The position numbers and the translations under genes are program-made. From the NCBI GenBank assembly GCA_003022365.1, contig PXOU01000018.1:75964-139963 (forward strand): a stretch of 64,000 nt of DNA. The letters run 5' to 3'. Below, piece after piece: positions 1 to 9,673 of this stretch; position 1 is the stretch's first letter; each line of letters begins with the position of its first letter. The DNA comes from Candidatus Saccharibacteria bacterium QS_5_54_17 (lineage in GTDB: Bacteria > Patescibacteriota > Saccharimonadia > QS-5-54-17). Below the pieces are notes generated by a model, which made no database searches, was not told the DNA's origin, and worked only from the letters and a program-made list of their open reading frames with translations.

Positions 1-93
1 GCCGTGGCTCCCTTCGGGGAAAACGTCCGGTTCCGGCGGGATGGGCTGGTAAAGATAGTCGGGAGTCGGTAATGACGAGTCATACCTATCCAT
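1..93 (-). CDS. Hypothetical protein, N-terminal part (runs off window)
   Basis: ATG at 93 opens MDRYDSSLPTPDYLYQPIPPEPDVFPEGSHG with no stop to the edge; TTGCAA-N17-TAAACA immediately upstream. Confidence 0.35.
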   Translation of the reverse strand, partial: MDRYDSSLPTPDYLYQPIPPEPDVFPEGSHG

Positions 94-129
94 GTTTACC
101 GTAGTTGTCCATTGATTGCAAATAGGCCG

Positions 130-593
130 TATAGTCTCCCGGCTTATTGAATACCTCGGATGCAGTAAACAACAAGGAGGTGTTTGTGCGCAAGCACCCG
201 GAACCATTATCAAAACCCGGCAACAAAAACCCAGGCGAAACATCATTCCTGAAGATGTCATTCCTGAAACAAGTTCAGGACAGGCTCTGAATTTATTTCA
301 GGATCTTCCCCTATTGTCATCCTGAACTTGTTTCAGGATCTGTTTTAGGCTTGGCTTCAAAACCATATCGGGTTAATAGATTCCGGCTCACTTCGACCTT
401 GCTCAGTGCGGGCGGGGGCCGGAATGACAAAGAGGGTAGCCTCGTAATAACGAACTTTCTCTTGTCATCCTGAACTTGTTTCAGGATCTGTTGCAGAAAC
501 GATTCCGAACTAAATTCGCAGTGACGGAGGAGGTTCGCAGTGACAAAAAGGCTTTGCATTTTTCCACTTGCTGCTTGCTTCTTGTTCCTGCTC
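130..593 (+). repeat. Composite REP/MITE-like element, copy 1
   Basis: Starts TATAGTCTCCCGGCTTATTGAA; several GTCATCCTGAA..TTCAGGATCT palindromes, GATTCCG..CGGAATGAC unit, heptamer-like tail; homologous to four other loci. Confidence 0.85.
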
Positions 594-1451
594 CTACTGA
601 GCGGTCCAGGAATCGGTGCCGGTTCGCCGGACTGAACCGGAGATTTCCATGGTGGCGATGATCCGATTGAATTCAGCGGCGCTCCAGCCGGCGTGATATA
701 TCAAGTCGTCGGTTTCGGTGATGCCTTGGCTGAGCAGTTCCAAAATGTGTGCCTCTTCGGCCGTGGCGGCCTGGGCTTTGGGGGCGGATTCCTCCGCTGG
801 GGGTTCCAGCCCCAAGACATCCAGTACGTCGTCGGCGTTGGTGACCGGCGCGGCACCGGCTTTGATCAGATTGTTGGTGCCTTCGCTCAAAGGTTGGGTG
901 ATGTTGCCCGGTACGGCCATAACGTCCCGATTTTCCTCCAAGGCGAATTCAGCGGTGATGAGCGCGCCGCTGCGAGCGCCGGCTTCGACGATGATGGTGC
1001 CGGCGCATAATCCAGCGATGATCCGGTTCCGGGCGGGAAATCGTTGCCGGGTGGGCGGAGTTCCGTTTTGGTATTCAGTCACCAGCGCTCCGCCGCTGGC
1101 GGTAATGTCGCGGGCTAATTGGCGGTTCCGGACCGGGTGTATGATGTCCAACCCCGAGGCCATAACGGCCACGGTATAGCCGCCGGTGTCCACGGCTGCC
1201 CGGTGAGCGGCCGCGTCGATGCCAAACGCCAGCCCACTAACCACACCGACCCCCGACCGGGCCAGTTCGCCGGCGATCCGGGTGGCCGCTTCTTGGCCAT
1301 AGAAGGTCGCTTTCCGGCTCCCCACCACGGCGACCAGCGGCCGGTTGGTTTCCAGTTCCCCGTTGATATACAGCTGCTTCGGCGGGTGGGCAATTTCGCC
1401 CAATACGGCCGGATACCTTTCGTCATGTGGGGTAATAGCAGGATTTGGCAT
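594..1451 (-). CDS. dprA: DNA-processing protein DprA
   Basis: VAVVGSR, VSGLAFGID, FPARNRIIAG, SGALITA motifs. Confidence 0.95.
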   Translation of the reverse strand: MPNPAITPHDERYPAVLGEIAHPPKQLYINGELETNRPLVAVVGSRKATFYGQEAATRIAGELARSGVGVVSGLAFGIDAAAHRAAVDTGGYTVAVMASGLDIIHPVRNRQLARDITASGGALVTEYQNGTPPTRQRFPARNRIIAGLCAGTIIVEAGARSGALITAEFALEENRDVMAVPGNITQPLSEGTNNLIKAGAAPVTNADDVLDVLGLEPPAEESAPKAQAATAEEAHILELLSQGITETDDLIYHAGWSAAEFNRIIATMEISGSVRRTGTDSWTAQ

Positions 1452-1469
1452 AAATATCGCTAAATATAG

Positions 1470-1498
1470 TTGACAAACTTACAAATGAATGATAAAAA
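1470..1498 (+). promoter_or_regulatory. Sigma70-type promoter
   Basis: TTGACA-N17-TAAAAA with TGn extended -10. Confidence 0.55.
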
Positions 1499-1500
1499 GA

Positions 1501-1697
1501 GTGCCTAAGGACGTTGCAACGTCCTTGGCACCTCCCATTACTATAGTGACATTGCCCGGGGCATTTTTTCTACCCTCCAGCGATAGTCCGGGCAATGCAT
1601 GTCCCTTCAACGTGGATATTCGTGTCGCATATGACCTCGGTTGAAGGGAGATACAAGACCGCAAGTTTCCCCCCACCCGCTTGCGGTCTTGTTCGTT
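1501..1697 (+). ncRNA. Candidate structured small RNA (four hairpins)
   Basis: Consecutive stems at 1501-1531, 1548-1603, 1603-1648 and 1653-1692 after a promoter; no credible ORF. Confidence 0.5.
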
Positions 1698-1735
1698 TGA
1701 AAGACCTATAAAGACCCATTAATCACCAAAACCCG

Positions 1736-2299
1736 TCACTCCACGCGGTAGGTATCGGCGGGGAAATCTTCTCCCTCGATGAATGTTTCCATAAACTGAG
1801 TAGCCGCCTGGAGAATCTCGGGTAACTTATCTTTCTCTTCATCGGCGAAACGGCTCAGTACGAACTTTTCCGCCGGCTGTTTTTCCAAATGTGCATTGGC
1901 GATTCCCAGCCGCAAACGGTTGAACCCGTCGCCGCAATGGGCGATAACGGATTTTATCCCGTTGTGCCCGGCGCTCTCCCCTCCCCGGCGGGCGCGCAAC
2001 GCAGCGAAATTAAGCGCGGCGTCATCATAGACGATCAGCGTGTCAGCAGGATGTATATCAAAAAAACGCTGGGCGGCGGCCACGGCTTCTCCGCTGCGGT
2101 TCATGTAGGTTTGGGGCTTTAAAAGTATGACCGGTTCGCCTGCCTGCTCCAAGCGGGCGGCCATCGATTTCAACTTCTTGTGCCGGGAAAAATCAACCCC
2201 TTTCTCGCCCGCCAGGGATTCGACCGCCATAAAGCCGGCGTTATGGCGGGTTCCCAGGTATTTTTTATCCGGATTACCCAGCCCCGCGATTAATTTCAC
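1736..2299 (-). CDS. pth: Peptidyl-tRNA hydrolase
   Basis: LIAGLGNP, TRHNAGF, KPQTYMNRSG, GHNGIKS; GTG start overlaps der stop (GTGA). Confidence 0.95.
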   Translation of the reverse strand: MKLIAGLGNPDKKYLGTRHNAGFMAVESLAGEKGVDFSRHKKLKSMAARLEQAGEPVILLKPQTYMNRSGEAVAAAQRFFDIHPADTLIVYDDAALNFAALRARRGGESAGHNGIKSVIAHCGDGFNRLRLGIANAHLEKQPAEKFVLSRFADEEKDKLPEILQAATQFMETFIEGEDFPADTYRVE

Positions 2300-3639
2300 G
2301 ATGCTCCTCCTCTCCCTTTTTGATTTGCTCGACCGGCCTCCTGCTTCTCCCGCCATTGCAGCCGGATGGGCGTACCGTCAAAATCGAATCCTTCACGGAG
2401 CCGGGTCTCCAGATAGCGTTTATAGGACCAGTGCAGAAACCGGGTGTGCCGGCCATAGACGGTAAATGTCGGCGGCGCCGTATCGGTTTGGGTGATATAG
2501 TTGAGCTTGGGGTGCCGGTCTTTTAATCCGGCCGGCGGGTGGTCGGCGACGGCCGCTTGTAAGGTTTGATTCAAATCCTTGGTGGAAACGGTTTTTTGGC
2601 GGTTGCTGAATGCCTCTGAGGCGAACGGCAATAGTTTATTGACGTGGTGTTTTTCGGTCGCCGACACCAATAACAGTGGCGCCCACCAGACGAACTGGAA
2701 CGACGCTCCCAGGGTTTGTTCCAGCTGGCCACGGGCGTTATCGGTTCGTTCCGTCTGGTCCCATTTATTGACCACCACTACCAACCCCTTGCCGGCCTCT
2801 TTGACCATGCCGGCGATTCGCTGATCCTGGGCGGTTGCCGGTTCGGTGGCATCCAATACCAGCGCGCACACCTCGCATGTGCTGATAGCCCCCAAAGCCC
2901 GGAGCGAACTGAATCGCTCTATGTGTTTGCCGGTTTTGTTCTTCCGGCGCAGCCCGGCCGTGTCAGTTATGTGCCATGTCCGACCTTCATAAGGCACCCG
3001 TATTTCCGTCATATCCCTGGTGGTACCGGGTTCCCCGGAGACGATCGCTCGTTCATGCCCGGCCAGGACGTTGAGGAGGCTTGATTTGCCCACGTTGGGC
3101 CGGCCCAGTAAAGCCAACGTCGGCATGGTCGAGGCTTCGCCGGCAGGGTATTGGCTGGCGATGTCTACAATGGCATCCAACAAATCGCCCGACCCGCTGC
3201 CGTGAATAGCCGAAACCGGTATGCTGGGTTCCGGCAGCTTTTCCCGCTCGATCGGCTGCCCCGCTCGATCCGTTTTATTGATGGCGGTTATGAGGGGTTT
3301 GCCGCTTTTTTGCGCCTGTTTTATAACTTTGGCGTCTTCCTCGCTGAGGATGGTGCTGCCGTCGATGGTTACTACCATGATGTCCGCTTGCTCACGGGCT
3401 ACTTTGATTTGCTCCTGGACCGATCGGGCCAATTGGTCTTTTTCCTTTTCCAGCCCCGCGGTATCGACCAGCCAGAACTGCCTGCCCTGCCACTCCACGA
3501 TAGCTTCTACGCGGTCGCGCGTCGTACCCGGCGCCTCATGCACGATGGCTTTGCGTTGGCCCAACAATCGGTTGAATAGACTGGACTTGCCGACGTTGGC
3601 TCGACCGACGATGGTCACCACGGGAAGTTTTTCTGACAT
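2296..3639 (-). CDS. der: Ribosome biogenesis GTPase Der (EngA)
   Basis: Two GTPase domains (GRANVGKSS, GRPNVGKSS, DTAG, NKWD) and KH-like C-terminus. Confidence 0.97.
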   Translation of the reverse strand: MSEKLPVVTIVGRANVGKSSLFNRLLGQRKAIVHEAPGTTRDRVEAIVEWQGRQFWLVDTAGLEKEKDQLARSVQEQIKVAREQADIMVVTIDGSTILSEEDAKVIKQAQKSGKPLITAINKTDRAGQPIEREKLPEPSIPVSAIHGSGSGDLLDAIVDIASQYPAGEASTMPTLALLGRPNVGKSSLLNVLAGHERAIVSGEPGTTRDMTEIRVPYEGRTWHITDTAGLRRKNKTGKHIERFSSLRALGAISTCEVCALVLDATEPATAQDQRIAGMVKEAGKGLVVVVNKWDQTERTDNARGQLEQTLGASFQFVWWAPLLLVSATEKHHVNKLLPFASEAFSNRQKTVSTKDLNQTLQAAVADHPPAGLKDRHPKLNYITQTDTAPPTFTVYGRHTRFLHWSYKRYLETRLREGFDFDGTPIRLQWREKQEAGRANQKGRGGAS

Positions 3640-3681
3640 ACCACTACTGTAACAAATAGGCTTGACAATTACTATAAATCA

Positions 3682-3710
3682 TTGACTTTTATTAATTTCT
3701 ATGCTAAAAA
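3682..3710 (+). promoter_or_regulatory. Sigma70-type promoter
   Basis: TTGACT-N17-TAAAAA with TGn extended -10; a second TTGACA at 3662. Confidence 0.5.
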
Positions 3711-3811
3711 TTGAGTAATTCCTATCCAAAATGATGGATGGGTGGTTTCGCCCCCGGCGAAGCAACGGCCAATCATCGGGCCTTAACGATGGACTTTGAA
3801 AAGGAGCTAAG

Positions 3812-4141
3812 ATGAGTCAGGTAGGCCCCTTCCAACTTATAAAGGGACCCAACCTATTTGAGTTAGTGTTTGCATACATGGGTGCCTTTGATGCCATGAA
3901 CCGCACTGTTAGGATGTGCACTAGTGAGGGGCTTGTTTATGAGCTTTGTATTTATGGCCTGGCCCACAAGGACAGTACGGGATATTGCCATGAATTTAAA
4001 GCGCGCGTGGTATCTATCGGAGTGGATCCTACAAACGTAGAGTCGAAAGAGTATTGGGTAACATTTCCCACTACCCCCTGGGATTTAGTTGAGGGGTACT
4101 TCGATACCGAAGCACGTAGGGGTAGTCTAAAGTTCGTCTAG
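3812..4141 (+). CDS. Hypothetical protein, 109 aa
   Basis: AAGGAG RBS at 3801, own promoter, lower GC than flanks. Confidence 0.8.
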   Translation: MSQVGPFQLIKGPNLFELVFAYMGAFDAMNRTVRMCTSEGLVYELCIYGLAHKDSTGYCHEFKARVVSIGVDPTNVESKEYWVTFPTTPWDLVEGYFDTEARRGSLKFV

Positions 4142-4152
4142 CTCCTTTTTTT

Positions 4153-4300
4153 GGTTGGGGTATCGCACGGTATGCCAACCTGAAGCATCGGTACCATAGG
4201 TGCTGATGCACCCGCGCGTGTGTGGGAGGTTGTATCGTCTCGAAGGTCGAGACACCTTTCTATTTACTCCTCCTACGCACGCGCGCCCTTTTCCCTATTT
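4153..4300 (+). ncRNA. Structured 3' RNA segment ending in terminator-like stem
   Basis: Stems at 4153-4180, 4185-4209 and 4214-4284 (enclosing GTCTCGA/TCGAGAC), then a T-rich tract. Confidence 0.4.
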
Positions 4301-4318
4301 TTACCATCGAAACTAAGC

Positions 4319-5026
4319 TTAACTCTCATTTTCGCCCGTAATAAGACGATATTGGCCGTCGCTCAAATCGCCCAGGCTGTATTCGCCCAATTGGGTGCGC
4401 ACCAGGTCAGTCACCTGATAACCCAGCGCGGCGAAGGTGCGCCGGATCTGCCGGTTCCGGCCCTCATACATAGTGACCTGATAGGTATTCTTACCAGGCA
4501 CTCCCTCATCTGCTTTTTTGGTTCTCTCAGCTTCTCCTTCTCCAATTTCTAACTGGCTGACTCCGTCATCCAAATGCACCCCGTGGTGCAAGTTCGTTAT
4601 ATCGGCCGGGGTGAGCGGCTTATCCAGCCTTACTTGATACACTTTCTGCTTCTGGAATCCCGGATGCGTTAACCGGTAGGCTAGTTGGCCGTCGTTAGTG
4701 AGTAGTAAAAGCCCGCGGCTGTCTTTGTCCAGCCGGCCGATGGGTTTCAACTGACGCAGTTCCTCAGGTAGGAGCGCGTAGATGGTCGGATCATTGCCTT
4801 GCCGGGCACGGCTGACTACATAACGAAAAGGTTTGTGCAGCTTAACGGTGCGGGTAACCGGAAGCACCACCGGCTCCCCGTCCAGTTGGACGGTGTCATC
4901 CGGTCCGACTCGTTGCCCGAGTTCCCCCGCTTCCCCGTTGACCGTCACCCGCTCATCCGCGATTGCCTGATCTGCCTGCCGGCGGGATAACCCGGCTGCT
5001 CGGGCCAGATACTGATTTATCCTCAC
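4319..5026 (-). CDS. rRNA pseudouridine synthase, RsuA/RluB family
   Basis: S4 domain (SRRQAD) and catalytic GRLDKDSRGLLLLTND; EGRNRQIRR. Confidence 0.93.
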   Translation of the reverse strand: MRINQYLARAAGLSRRQADQAIADERVTVNGEAGELGQRVGPDDTVQLDGEPVVLPVTRTVKLHKPFRYVVSRARQGNDPTIYALLPEELRQLKPIGRLDKDSRGLLLLTNDGQLAYRLTHPGFQKQKVYQVRLDKPLTPADITNLHHGVHLDDGVSQLEIGEGEAERTKKADEGVPGKNTYQVTMYEGRNRQIRRTFAALGYQVTDLVRTQLGEYSLGDLSDGQYRLITGENES

Positions 5027-5838
5027 TCCGAAGCGGTTTGTTGCTGGGTTTGCTGGCCGCCTTCGGCCTGGCCGCCCTGGGCGCCGGATTGATCGCTGTC
5101 TTGCCCGTCTTGGCCTGTTGGCTGCTGGGCCTGGTTTGGTTGGCTTTGTGGGCTGGCTGCATCGCTCTGTTGCATCTGGTTGTCGATATCATTGATTTCA
5201 CTGGCCGCCTGGCTGCTGGTCGTTTTGCCCTGACCGGACGTGCGCTTGGATTGTTTGCTATTGGCTGTGTCCTCAGGCGCTTGGGTGTTTTCTTGACCTT
5301 GTTGATTTTGCCCATCTTGGCTCTGTTGATCTTGGCTCTGTTGGTTTTGGCTAGGTTGGCTATCTTGACCTTGGTTGTCTTGGGAATTTTCGGAACCTTC
5401 ACCGTCGTTTTCCGGTAATCGCCCACTGGAGGTGGTCACGATGGATGCGGCGCCCTCCTCGCCGTTTCCAGTGTTCTGGGACAGTTCTTTGACCGTTTCC
5501 ACCACGTCTTCCAGCGTGATCTGGGATTTGATCAAATACTTGTCGACGCCCAGCTGTTCGCCGCGCTCTTTATCCGATTCCTGGCTAAGCGCGGATAGCA
5601 TCACCACTTTGGTGTTTTCGGTTTCAGGGGTGGAGCGCAGGATGTCCAACACGTCGAACCCGCTGATTTTGGGCATCATGATATCGAGCAAAATCAGTTG
5701 CGGTTTTTCCGATACTGCTTTGGAAAGAGCTTCCTCGCCATCCGCGGCCAGCACCAGTTCGTGACCTTCAGCGCTTAGTCGGGCAGCATAGATTTCGCGG
5801 AGATTAATATCGTCTTCGACTAGTAAAACTTTAGACAT
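5023..5838 (-). CDS. Response regulator receiver with Gln/Ser-rich disordered tail
   Basis: LLVEDD, LLDIMMP, conserved K; low-complexity C-terminal half. Confidence 0.9.
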   Translation of the reverse strand: MSKVLLVEDDINLREIYAARLSAEGHELVLAADGEEALSKAVSEKPQLILLDIMMPKISGFDVLDILRSTPETENTKVVMLSALSQESDKERGEQLGVDKYLIKSQITLEDVVETVKELSQNTGNGEEGAASIVTTSSGRLPENDGEGSENSQDNQGQDSQPSQNQQSQDQQSQDGQNQQGQENTQAPEDTANSKQSKRTSGQGKTTSSQAASEINDIDNQMQQSDAASPQSQPNQAQQPTGQDGQDSDQSGAQGGQAEGGQQTQQQTASE

Positions 5839-5849
5839 TTTCCCTCATT

Positions 5850-7637
5850 CTACGGGTCTGTTGTTGATGTTGCAACTGCAGTCCCGGATGATGTGTTTTG
5901 CCCCTGTTGTGAGCGCCCGCCTTGGGCGGGTTGTCCGCTCCCAGCGGACTGTGACTCCATTTTAGCACGTAATTCTTGTGCTCGACTATAGGTAAGCCGC
6001 GGCAGGCTGAAATAAAAACTGCTTCCGGCGCCTTCTTCGCTTTCCACCCAGATGCGCCCGTTGTACATCTCGATAATAGTCCGGCACAGATACAGCCCGA
6101 GGCCGGTGCCGCCGATTTCCCGGGTTTTGCCGTTGTCCACCCGGTAGAATTTCTGGAACAAATGCTCGATCTCGTCTTCGGGAATGCCGATGCCTTGATC
6201 GTGCACGCCGACCGTGACTTGTTTGTCATCGCCGCTGATGCTGGCGTTGACTTCACCTTCGGGCGTGAATTTGATGGCGTTGTCCACCAGGTTGATGAAC
6301 ACCTCCCGGATCCGCTCCGAATCGGCGTTGACGTAAAACAGCGGCATGACCTCATTCTGGTCGGTGCCGATGCCGCCGTGGGATTTCAGTTTTAATTCTA
6401 ATCCCTTCTGCTCGGCCTTGAATTGCAACTCGTCCACGGCGGCTTTAATGACTTTCCCTAGTTCGAACGGCTCCGGCTGTTCGTCCAGCGTGTTGTCCTC
6501 CAGCCTGGTGATGGACAGCAGGTCTTTGAATAGCTTACCCAGATGTTGGGTGGATTCGTAGGCTTTCTGGATGTACTTTTGGGCATTTTCATCCCCCGTG
6601 GAGACTTGTTGGTTCAGCGCCAGGGAAAGGAACCCTTCGATGGCGGCTACCGGCGTGCGCATCTCGTGCGAGGCGGTAGAGATGAACTCATCGCGTTCCC
6701 GGGCCGCTTTCTTCTCCTGGCTGATGTCGCTGAATACCGCTACGGTGCCGGTGACTGAATCGGTGCTGGCGAAGATGGGCGCGATGGTCAGTGACAGATG
6801 CACCCGCGTTTGCTGCCGGTTGAGCATGGTGATGTCTTTGCGGCGTATACCCTGTTTGGACCGGATGACATAGTGGAATAAGTCGTTGTTGCCGGTGAGT
6901 TCGTTGCCCTCCTCATCTTCCAGGGGGAGCACCTGGGTGTAGTGGATGCCAGTGGCTTCATCTTCCGCCCAGCCCGTGATGTCGGCGGCGGGTTGGTTGA
7001 AGAGTTGTATCGCCCCGGATAGGTCGGTCACCAAGGCTCCGTCCCCGATGCTTTTGAGTAAAATATCCGATTTTAACTGTTCGATCTCCAGCTTTTCTTC
7101 CAGTTCGTTGCTTTGGCTGGGTTGCGGCTCATTGCTTTCCTGGGGGTGGTTGCGCCACAGCCACAGTCCCATGACGCCGGTTACCGTGATGGCGGCCGCG
7201 TAGATGGCGTTGTCAATCGCGAAATCGGCCGGCGCGTTGGCCCGCAGGGAAGCTATACCTAAGTAGACTACGGTCACCAGTACGTAACCGGCCACGATGT
7301 AGCGGTTGAGGGCGGCGGCGAACAAGACGATTGCCAGCCAGAAGACGAAGTACGGCGAGGAAAACCCGCCGGTCGCCAGCAGCAAAACGGCCATGTTGAT
7401 GCTGAAAAACAGCAGATCGATGAAGGTGGCGGCGATGTCCGAACTCTGGCTCACCAAACGCCGGATGAGCAAAAAGTATACGCCGTGAACGCCGGCAATA
7501 AACAGATTCAGGGGCGAGGTACCCAAAAGCTCGCCCGGCCCCAGGAGTTGTCCGTATAAAAGCACCACGTACAAAAGCACGATCGCCGCGCTGCCGCCCA
7601 GGAGCGCGTATTGGAGATGCCGGTACAAGGTATGCAT
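5850..7637 (-). CDS. Membrane PAS-domain sensor histidine kinase
   Basis: N-terminal TM helices, PAS, SHEMRTP H-box, NLVDNAIKFT, DQGIGI, GGTGLGL. Confidence 0.93.
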   Translation of the reverse strand: MHTLYRHLQYALLGGSAAIVLLYVVLLYGQLLGPGELLGTSPLNLFIAGVHGVYFLLIRRLVSQSSDIAATFIDLLFFSINMAVLLLATGGFSSPYFVFWLAIVLFAAALNRYIVAGYVLVTVVYLGIASLRANAPADFAIDNAIYAAAITVTGVMGLWLWRNHPQESNEPQPSQSNELEEKLEIEQLKSDILLKSIGDGALVTDLSGAIQLFNQPAADITGWAEDEATGIHYTQVLPLEDEEGNELTGNNDLFHYVIRSKQGIRRKDITMLNRQQTRVHLSLTIAPIFASTDSVTGTVAVFSDISQEKKAARERDEFISTASHEMRTPVAAIEGFLSLALNQQVSTGDENAQKYIQKAYESTQHLGKLFKDLLSITRLEDNTLDEQPEPFELGKVIKAAVDELQFKAEQKGLELKLKSHGGIGTDQNEVMPLFYVNADSERIREVFINLVDNAIKFTPEGEVNASISGDDKQVTVGVHDQGIGIPEDEIEHLFQKFYRVDNGKTREIGGTGLGLYLCRTIIEMYNGRIWVESEEGAGSSFYFSLPRLTYSRAQELRAKMESQSAGSGQPAQGGRSQQGQNTSSGTAVATSTTDP

Positions 7638-7795
7638 AACTCTTGGCAATAGACCTTATGGTTATTACCTTTTAGTATATAGCATCCAAGGGTTCCTATT
7701 AAGTATGACGCCTAACGTATGGGTTAGATGAAAATGAGCAGATACTGTTTTTGATTACACCCGGCTTTATTCCTCCGGGAAGCAGGTTCGCGTAG

Positions 7796-8065
7796 CTATC
7801 GAGCGGGGGCTTGTCGTTGTAGCAGTTCGCCTTTCTGGTTGAAGATCAGGACTTCGCTCTCTTCGCTGGCGGCGTGCTGGCGGGCAAACTCCAGCGCCCC
7901 ATCCTTGGTCTGGAATAATTTTCCGCTGTTTTTGCCCTGGCGTACGTACCATCCACAGCGGTTTTCGATAACCAGATAGCTGCGCAAACCCTTCTGCACA
8001 GCTTTTACGTAACTGTGGACTTGGTCGTTGTCTTGAGTCGGCGGGCGGAGTGTCTTATGTGTCAT
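7796..8065 (-). CDS. DUF2188-like small protein
   Basis: GWYVR..FQTKDGALEFARQHA..EVLIFNQKG pattern. Confidence 0.65.
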   Translation of the reverse strand: MTHKTLRPPTQDNDQVHSYVKAVQKGLRSYLVIENRCGWYVRQGKNSGKLFQTKDGALEFARQHAASEESEVLIFNQKGELLQRQAPAR

Positions 8066-8121
8066 TATCCTGGATAATCTCTTCCTTTATCTCTTCTTGA
8101 GTATATTGGATGTGGTTACAA

Positions 8122-9000
8122 CTAGTCTATCGGAGCGGAGGGATGCTTTTTAGTCGTGGGTGTTGCGTTTCGGGGTGGATTGTAAGATTCCAGAATGTCC
8201 GAATATATCTTCGTTTGCATATCCAGAAGCTCACGGGCGGAATAGGGTGGGATGCCTGCCCGGGCGAGCCGGTACCACGTATAGGCCGTTTCCAAATCAT
8301 AATAGGGATCACTGTCTGCTACTCCGTCTACCCCGCGGCTATGCAATATGGCTGCCTCGTTATCGGCTGCCCGGGTAAGTACCTGCATCTGTTCCTCATC
8401 CAACACCTGCTGGGTCATGAAGAACCGCAACAATTCTTCTTCCGCCGTGTCCACATCGGAGACCAGTACGGGCTGTTCCGCAGCCCCTACCGCATCCGCG
8501 ATCAACAACCCGCGCTGATTCCGCAAGCTTTCCTCCTGCATGCGTTCCACATCTTTGGCCCAGCTTTCGGGAACATAGGCGAACCACACGTTCCGTGCCT
8601 CACCGGTACTCGGGGTTATACGGGATAACGGTTGATTCTGGGCATCGGGAGATGATCCGGTTCCTGTTAACCGTAATGGCATTCCAGCTTCCCCAAGGGC
8701 TAAGAATAGAATGCCTCGTGGTTCCATGAGGTTAACCCCGAACGGTCCCAGCAGCATCTCCGGTTCGTCTACCTTATACGATCGTTGCCGGTAGGGAGAA
8801 CTATCGGGGTGTATGTATATTGCCTGCAATTCTTCAAGCTCCCCTGACAGCCCGGATACGAAGCCTTCCAGCTGTTGCCGGAGCCGTCGCGGCCCGAACC
8901 CGTCGGGGCGAGTCTCTTGCAGGCGAGCAACTGCTTCCTCCTCGTAGGAAAACTCCCCCCTGTCCGGTATATCCGGAGCTCCCTCTTGTTCCCTATTCAT
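8122..9000 (-). CDS. Hypothetical protein
   Basis: Long acidic ORF; probable start MNREQEG at 9000. Confidence 0.7.
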   Translation of the reverse strand: MNREQEGAPDIPDRGEFSYEEEAVARLQETRPDGFGPRRLRQQLEGFVSGLSGELEELQAIYIHPDSSPYRQRSYKVDEPEMLLGPFGVNLMEPRGILFLALGEAGMPLRLTGTGSSPDAQNQPLSRITPSTGEARNVWFAYVPESWAKDVERMQEESLRNQRGLLIADAVGAAEQPVLVSDVDTAEEELLRFFMTQQVLDEEQMQVLTRAADNEAAILHSRGVDGVADSDPYYDLETAYTWYRLARAGIPPYSARELLDMQTKIYSDILESYNPPRNATPTTKKHPSAPID

Positions 9001-9198
9001 ATATCCTATTATGCAATAATTCTGTCTTTTTAAAAACATGTGGCGACGAGCAAGCACGGCAAGAATATATTGTTGTTCTGATGCGCCGGAGAGAATCACT
9101 TAACCTTGTCTTCGGGGTAAGAGAAGCACGTAAATGCCCGTCCGTTTCCCGGGCGGGCGTATGGTTCCACGGCCGAGTGGAAGTGGAGCAGCGCCAGC

Positions 9199-9523
9199 TT
9201 ACTCGCTCACGCGCATGCCATAGACGTGTTCCAGTCTATGCTGGCCGTTGAACTGGACTTCCAAAACTAACCAATCACCGCTTTCGGCTTCCAGCGCCTC
9301 CTGCGGTACGAAGGTTACGTTGGCCGTTGACTGAGCCGCCCCCGCCGAAGACGATCATATTCACCCGGCTCCAATCATCCAACTCTTCCGGGCGCATCAA
9401 ATCCGCCCGGTATCCGCCGGCCATGACGGAATCGGCCTCCCATTACTCCCGGCTCATGCCGTACAAATCCAAAGTTACCTCCGGGCTGGGTCGAAATTCC
9501 AATGAGCCTCTTTCATGCTCCAT
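9199..9523 (-). pseudogene. Disrupted hypothetical gene
   Basis: MEHERGSLEF..MSRE, in-frame TAA at 9443-9445, continues WEADSV..VFGGGG, then one frameshift to TANVTFVPQ..GMRVSE*. Confidence 0.45.
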
Positions 9524-9673
9524 ACTTTTATCGTATATCTCACCCGAACTCGCCGTCAGTCAAAGGAGTTTGAGTCTCATGGATTCGGAATTTGACTTTT
9601 CAATCTTTTCTTATATAGTATTAGTTATCTCGACTGACCATTAATAACACCCGTGGGGAGAGAGGAATAAGAA

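Noticed and set aside
116-661. Short ORFs within composite repeats (also 30716, 39905, 52440, 61589)
   Set aside because: They are translations of palindromic repeat DNA with no protein motifs.
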